A stretch of DNA of 64,000 bases from an uncultured Verrucomicrobiae bacterium (GTDB taxonomy: Bacteria; Verrucomicrobiota; Verrucomicrobiia; Opitutales; JABDGR01). The notes under the pieces are model-generated. The model was not told the origin of the DNA and did no database searches. It saw only the letters and a program-made list of their open reading frames with translations. Shown here in pieces: positions 61,098 through 64,000 of this stretch. The stretch's first letter is position 1, and every line of letters begins with the position of its first letter. The position numbers and the translations under genes were made by a program. Location: the NCBI GenBank assembly GCA_963765205.1, contig CAVXVB010000009.1, positions 1,376,001 through 1,440,000 on the forward strand, given 5' to 3'.

Positions 61098-61640
61098 CTA
61101 AATCGAAGCGGCCTTACTTCTGCCCTTCACCTTGCGGCTGGGCGGTTTGGCGCGGGGTTGATCGAGCAGGCGCGCGGCGAGGCGGGTGACGAGGGCGTCA
61201 ATCGCGGCGAAGGTGGCAGCGGGCGAGCCGGCGTCAAGGTCGTGGACTTGCCAGTATTCCACTTGGCCGGCGTGCCGGGGAAAGCGGGCGGTGAGGATGG
61301 GGCGATGCTCGGCTTCCTTGAGGGCGACGACATGCGCGGCGGCGGCGAGGTCGCCGCGGGTCAGCGCGCGGGGTGCGGGCGCGGTGTGGGCGAGGGCAAT
61401 GCCGCGCTGGAGCAGGATTTGGCGGGTAAACCGGGAGATATCATCGTCCACCAAATGGGTGGACAGGCCGCGGGAGAAGGCGCGCCAGGGCCAGGCGGCG
61501 GCGCGGGCGCGGTGGTTGAAGAGGGCTTCGGCGTAGCGACTGCGGTAATAGTTGCCCGAGCACAAAAACAGGACACGGCGCGGCGGCGCGGCGGTGGACA
61601 CGCGGGGGGCGGCGGGCCGGCGGGGGGAAGACTTTTTCAC
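61098..61640 (-). CDS. Low-molecular-weight protein-tyrosine phosphatase family protein
   Basis: VLFLCSGNYYRSRYAE (CX5R) motif, FSRGL, EYWQVHD. Confidence 0.88.
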   Translation of the reverse strand: MKKSSPRRPAAPRVSTAAPPRRVLFLCSGNYYRSRYAEALFNHRARAAAWPWRAFSRGLSTHLVDDDISRFTRQILLQRGIALAHTAPAPRALTRGDLAAAAHVVALKEAEHRPILTARFPRHAGQVEYWQVHDLDAGSPAATFAAIDALVTRLAARLLDQPRAKPPSRKVKGRSKAASI

Positions 61641-61645
61641 GGATT

Positions 61646-62269
61646 TTAGTCCTCGAGATCCTCAGGCGGCGGTGCTTCGCCCGATGCGTCATTCAGTTCC
61701 GCCGCGTGCTCTCTGGCATCCGAGGCGGGGTTCCCGTGTAATTTTTTCGCCTTGGCCAGTTCCTCCATCAAGACGTTGGCGACCGGGAGCGAACGGCGGC
61801 TGCGGCCGCGCGAGGGGCCGCCGCGCACGATTTCGGATTTCTTGGGCTGGCGGCTCAATTGCGCCCAGCGGACGAGTAAAAACAGGAGCATCATGCCGCC
61901 AAAAGACAGGGGAACGATGTAATCGAGACGGCCGCGCTGAAAGAAGCGGTCCGCCACGGTCCACCCCAGGCCGGTGGTCAGCAGCACAAGCAGGACGGCG
62001 CCGGGCCAGATGAACCGGGCCTCCTCGTAATAGAGGACGATGTGATTGCGTTGAATGGTCCACCAGCCCATGAACGCCAGGCCGATAAAAACCCCCGCGC
62101 CGGCGGCATATTCCATCCGCTCCATCTGCGGGACTTCGGCACGCGAGTTCAACACCGCCCAGGAAACAAAGGGCACCGCCATGATGGCAAAAAACAAGGT
62201 GAGGATATGCAGGGTGCGCCGGCGGACCGGCATCCCGCAAAATTTCAATTTGGTTGTTTTCCAAGGCAT
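61646..62269 (-). CDS. Hypothetical membrane protein (4 TM)
   Basis: 207-aa ORF with four hydrophobic segments. Confidence 0.65.
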   Translation of the reverse strand: MPWKTTKLKFCGMPVRRRTLHILTLFFAIMAVPFVSWAVLNSRAEVPQMERMEYAAGAGVFIGLAFMGWWTIQRNHIVLYYEEARFIWPGAVLLVLLTTGLGWTVADRFFQRGRLDYIVPLSFGGMMLLFLLVRWAQLSRQPKKSEIVRGGPSRGRSRRSLPVANVLMEELAKAKKLHGNPASDAREHAAELNDASGEAPPPEDLED

Positions 62270-62549
62270 GGGACACCCCGGCTATGCGCCGGGCCAGGAG
62301 CGGACCACAACGCGGGGATGAATAATTGAAACAAAAATCGCAGATTTGCCGAGACAATAAAAGGAGGGCCGCGCGGAGAGGTCGCACACCGAGGTGAAAA
62401 CATCGCCTAAGTTGTTGTTTAAAAATACCTTGTGCGTCCATCGGCCAGTTCCTGCAAATCATGCTCGATGGATATTGCCTGGCCGGGAGGACGAGAAAGA
62501 GAAAGAATGGGCTTGGCCAACGCAACTCGTTGCCGAGAATGGTGTTTAT

Positions 62550-63185
62550 ATGTTTGATATGTTCAACGCTTCTGCTGCATCGCTCCCCGGATGGCTGGCG
62601 GCCCATGCCGAACAGACCGTGCCGGCTGGCGACCAAACCCCCGCGCGCGATGAGGATGCGGAGTTGATGATGGCAGTGGCCCAGGGCGATGAATCGGCGC
62701 TGGCCCAGCTCATCCGCAAGTGGCAGGGGCCGCTGATCAATTTCTTTTACCGCTCGCTGGGCTCGGTTGAGCAGGCGGAGGATCTTACGCAGTTAGTATT
62801 CGTGCGCATTTACCGGGCGGCCGACAAATACCAGCCGGTGGCCCGGTTCTCGACTTACCTTTTCCATATCGCCCGGCGCTTGCTCATCAACGAGTTCCGC
62901 CGACGCCAGCGGAAACCCCTCGAAACGATGGATCCGGCCGAGTTGCGGGCGGTGGATACGTCATCGGGGCGCGACCAGCAGCGGATGTTCGAGCTGGAAG
63001 AGGCCTTCCAGCAGGCGTTGACCAAGCTGACCGAGGACCAGCGCACCGCCATCCTCCTGTTGAAGCAGCAGGAGTTGAGTTACGAGGAAATCGCCGAAAC
63101 CATGAACCAATCGGTGGCCGCCGTGAAGACTCATATTTTCCGCGGCCGCCAGAAGTTGAAGGAAGTTTTACGAAAGATCATGTAA
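62550..63185 (+). CDS. ECF RNA polymerase sigma factor
   Basis: AEDLTQLVFVRIY, FSTYLFHIARRLLIN, LSYEEIAE.M..SV.AVKTHIFRGR. Confidence 0.93.
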   Translation: MFDMFNASAASLPGWLAAHAEQTVPAGDQTPARDEDAELMMAVAQGDESALAQLIRKWQGPLINFFYRSLGSVEQAEDLTQLVFVRIYRAADKYQPVARFSTYLFHIARRLLINEFRRRQRKPLETMDPAELRAVDTSSGRDQQRMFELEEAFQQALTKLTEDQRTAILLLKQQELSYEEIAETMNQSVAAVKTHIFRGRQKLKEVLRKIM

Positions 63186-63270
63186 ACTTTTTCGCCCAAT
63201 CCGGGGTTAAACAGTCATCTTGGCATAATCTTGGCTTCACAAGCCCCCATAACCTATTTATACTTTCGTC

Positions 63271-63909
63271 ATGAATCCACCCACCAACCACTCCCACTCC
63301 GATATGGAGGAGCATTTTGAGGCTTGGCTGGCCAGCCAGCCGCTGACGCCCGCACCGGACTTCGTCGCCCGCACTCTTGCGCGCATCCGGGCCAAGACGG
63401 CCTTGGTTGCCTCCGCCAAAGCAGGCGATGACGCGGCCTTGGATTCCCTGTTGGATCGCTGGCTGGGTGAATCACCGCTGGAGCCGGACTTTGAGCCCGC
63501 CCAATTGGCGACCTTGACGCGCCGCACCGCCCTCCACGACGAAGAAGAGGAAGCCGACGTGCAAGAGGCCCCGCGGCGCTGGGCGATTCCGTTCCCCGCG
63601 TGGGCGCGTTCCGCCGTCGCGCTGGCGGCGGCGGCTTCGGTGGCGCTGTTGGCCTACTTTAGCACAACGGGCACGCCCGTCGGCAATGTGGCAGCGACTG
63701 CGGAGCAACCATCCAGCCCGAAAGTGGCCCAAGTGAACATGGATGCCACCGACGATTCTTCCCTGCCTGTTCCCGGGTCGGAAGCCTACGATCCGAGCAC
63801 CCTTTCGAAACTTAACGATGTCGTCAAGGACGGCACCGTGCTGTTGAATCCCGATGTGGCGGGGCAACTGCCCGGCGCCGACCCGAGCGACAGTGATTCG
63901 GCCCTCTAA
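63271..63909 (+). CDS. Putative membrane-anchored anti-sigma factor
   Basis: PAPDFVARTLARI motif, one TM helix, directly after the ECF sigma gene. Confidence 0.65.
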   Translation: MNPPTNHSHSDMEEHFEAWLASQPLTPAPDFVARTLARIRAKTALVASAKAGDDAALDSLLDRWLGESPLEPDFEPAQLATLTRRTALHDEEEEADVQEAPRRWAIPFPAWARSAVALAAAASVALLAYFSTTGTPVGNVAATAEQPSSPKVAQVNMDATDDSSLPVPGSEAYDPSTLSKLNDVVKDGTVLLNPDVAGQLPGADPSDSDSAL

Positions 63910-64000
63910 GCAAGGTTTTGTGTTTTTTCTTCTTCACCATGGCCGCAGGCGCGGGAGCGCCGGGGCCGCCGTTCTGATTTTAGCGGCGGCAGGATGGGTG

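Overview
GC-rich bacterial chromosomal segment; gene content (SWIB-domain protein, split Pta, YbeY GxDD variant, oleC/oleD, BspA-type surface protein) suggests Verrucomicrobiota/Opitutae (inference). The backbone is housekeeping: HD phosphodiesterase, ybeY, recO, Rad3/DinG-type helicase, pyrR/pyrB/pyrC, thiL, pdxH, murJ, pta, ppk1, exbBD, dnaE, clpX-clpP-tig, rsmD, xseA, an ECF sigma/anti-sigma pair and one tRNA(CAT). Many genes in the first ~20 kb carry single-base indels that look like long-read errors. The accessory layer is the interesting part. (1) A squalene-hopene cyclase gene lies between two apparently identical, directly oriented IS630 copies (candidate composite transposon) and lacks the host's apparent RTCGAY avoidance. 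(2) Two transposase-deleted elements with terminal IRs and 8-bp target duplications still carry passenger genes (IS1-like 7328-8855; IS1595-like 16910-17697), and related IS1-like ends occur at 29160 and 56473-56738. (3) Non-coding 7-mer/9-mer periodic inverted-arm elements, REP-like hairpins and MITEs are dense and nest up to four deep around a BspA-type LRR gene. (4) A free-standing paralog of the ClpX zinc-binding domain sits between clpP and clpX. (5) There are three type II TA pairs and two orphan antitoxin-like ORFs. No CRISPR array, rRNA or prophage was seen. All family assignments come from recognised motifs, not database searches.
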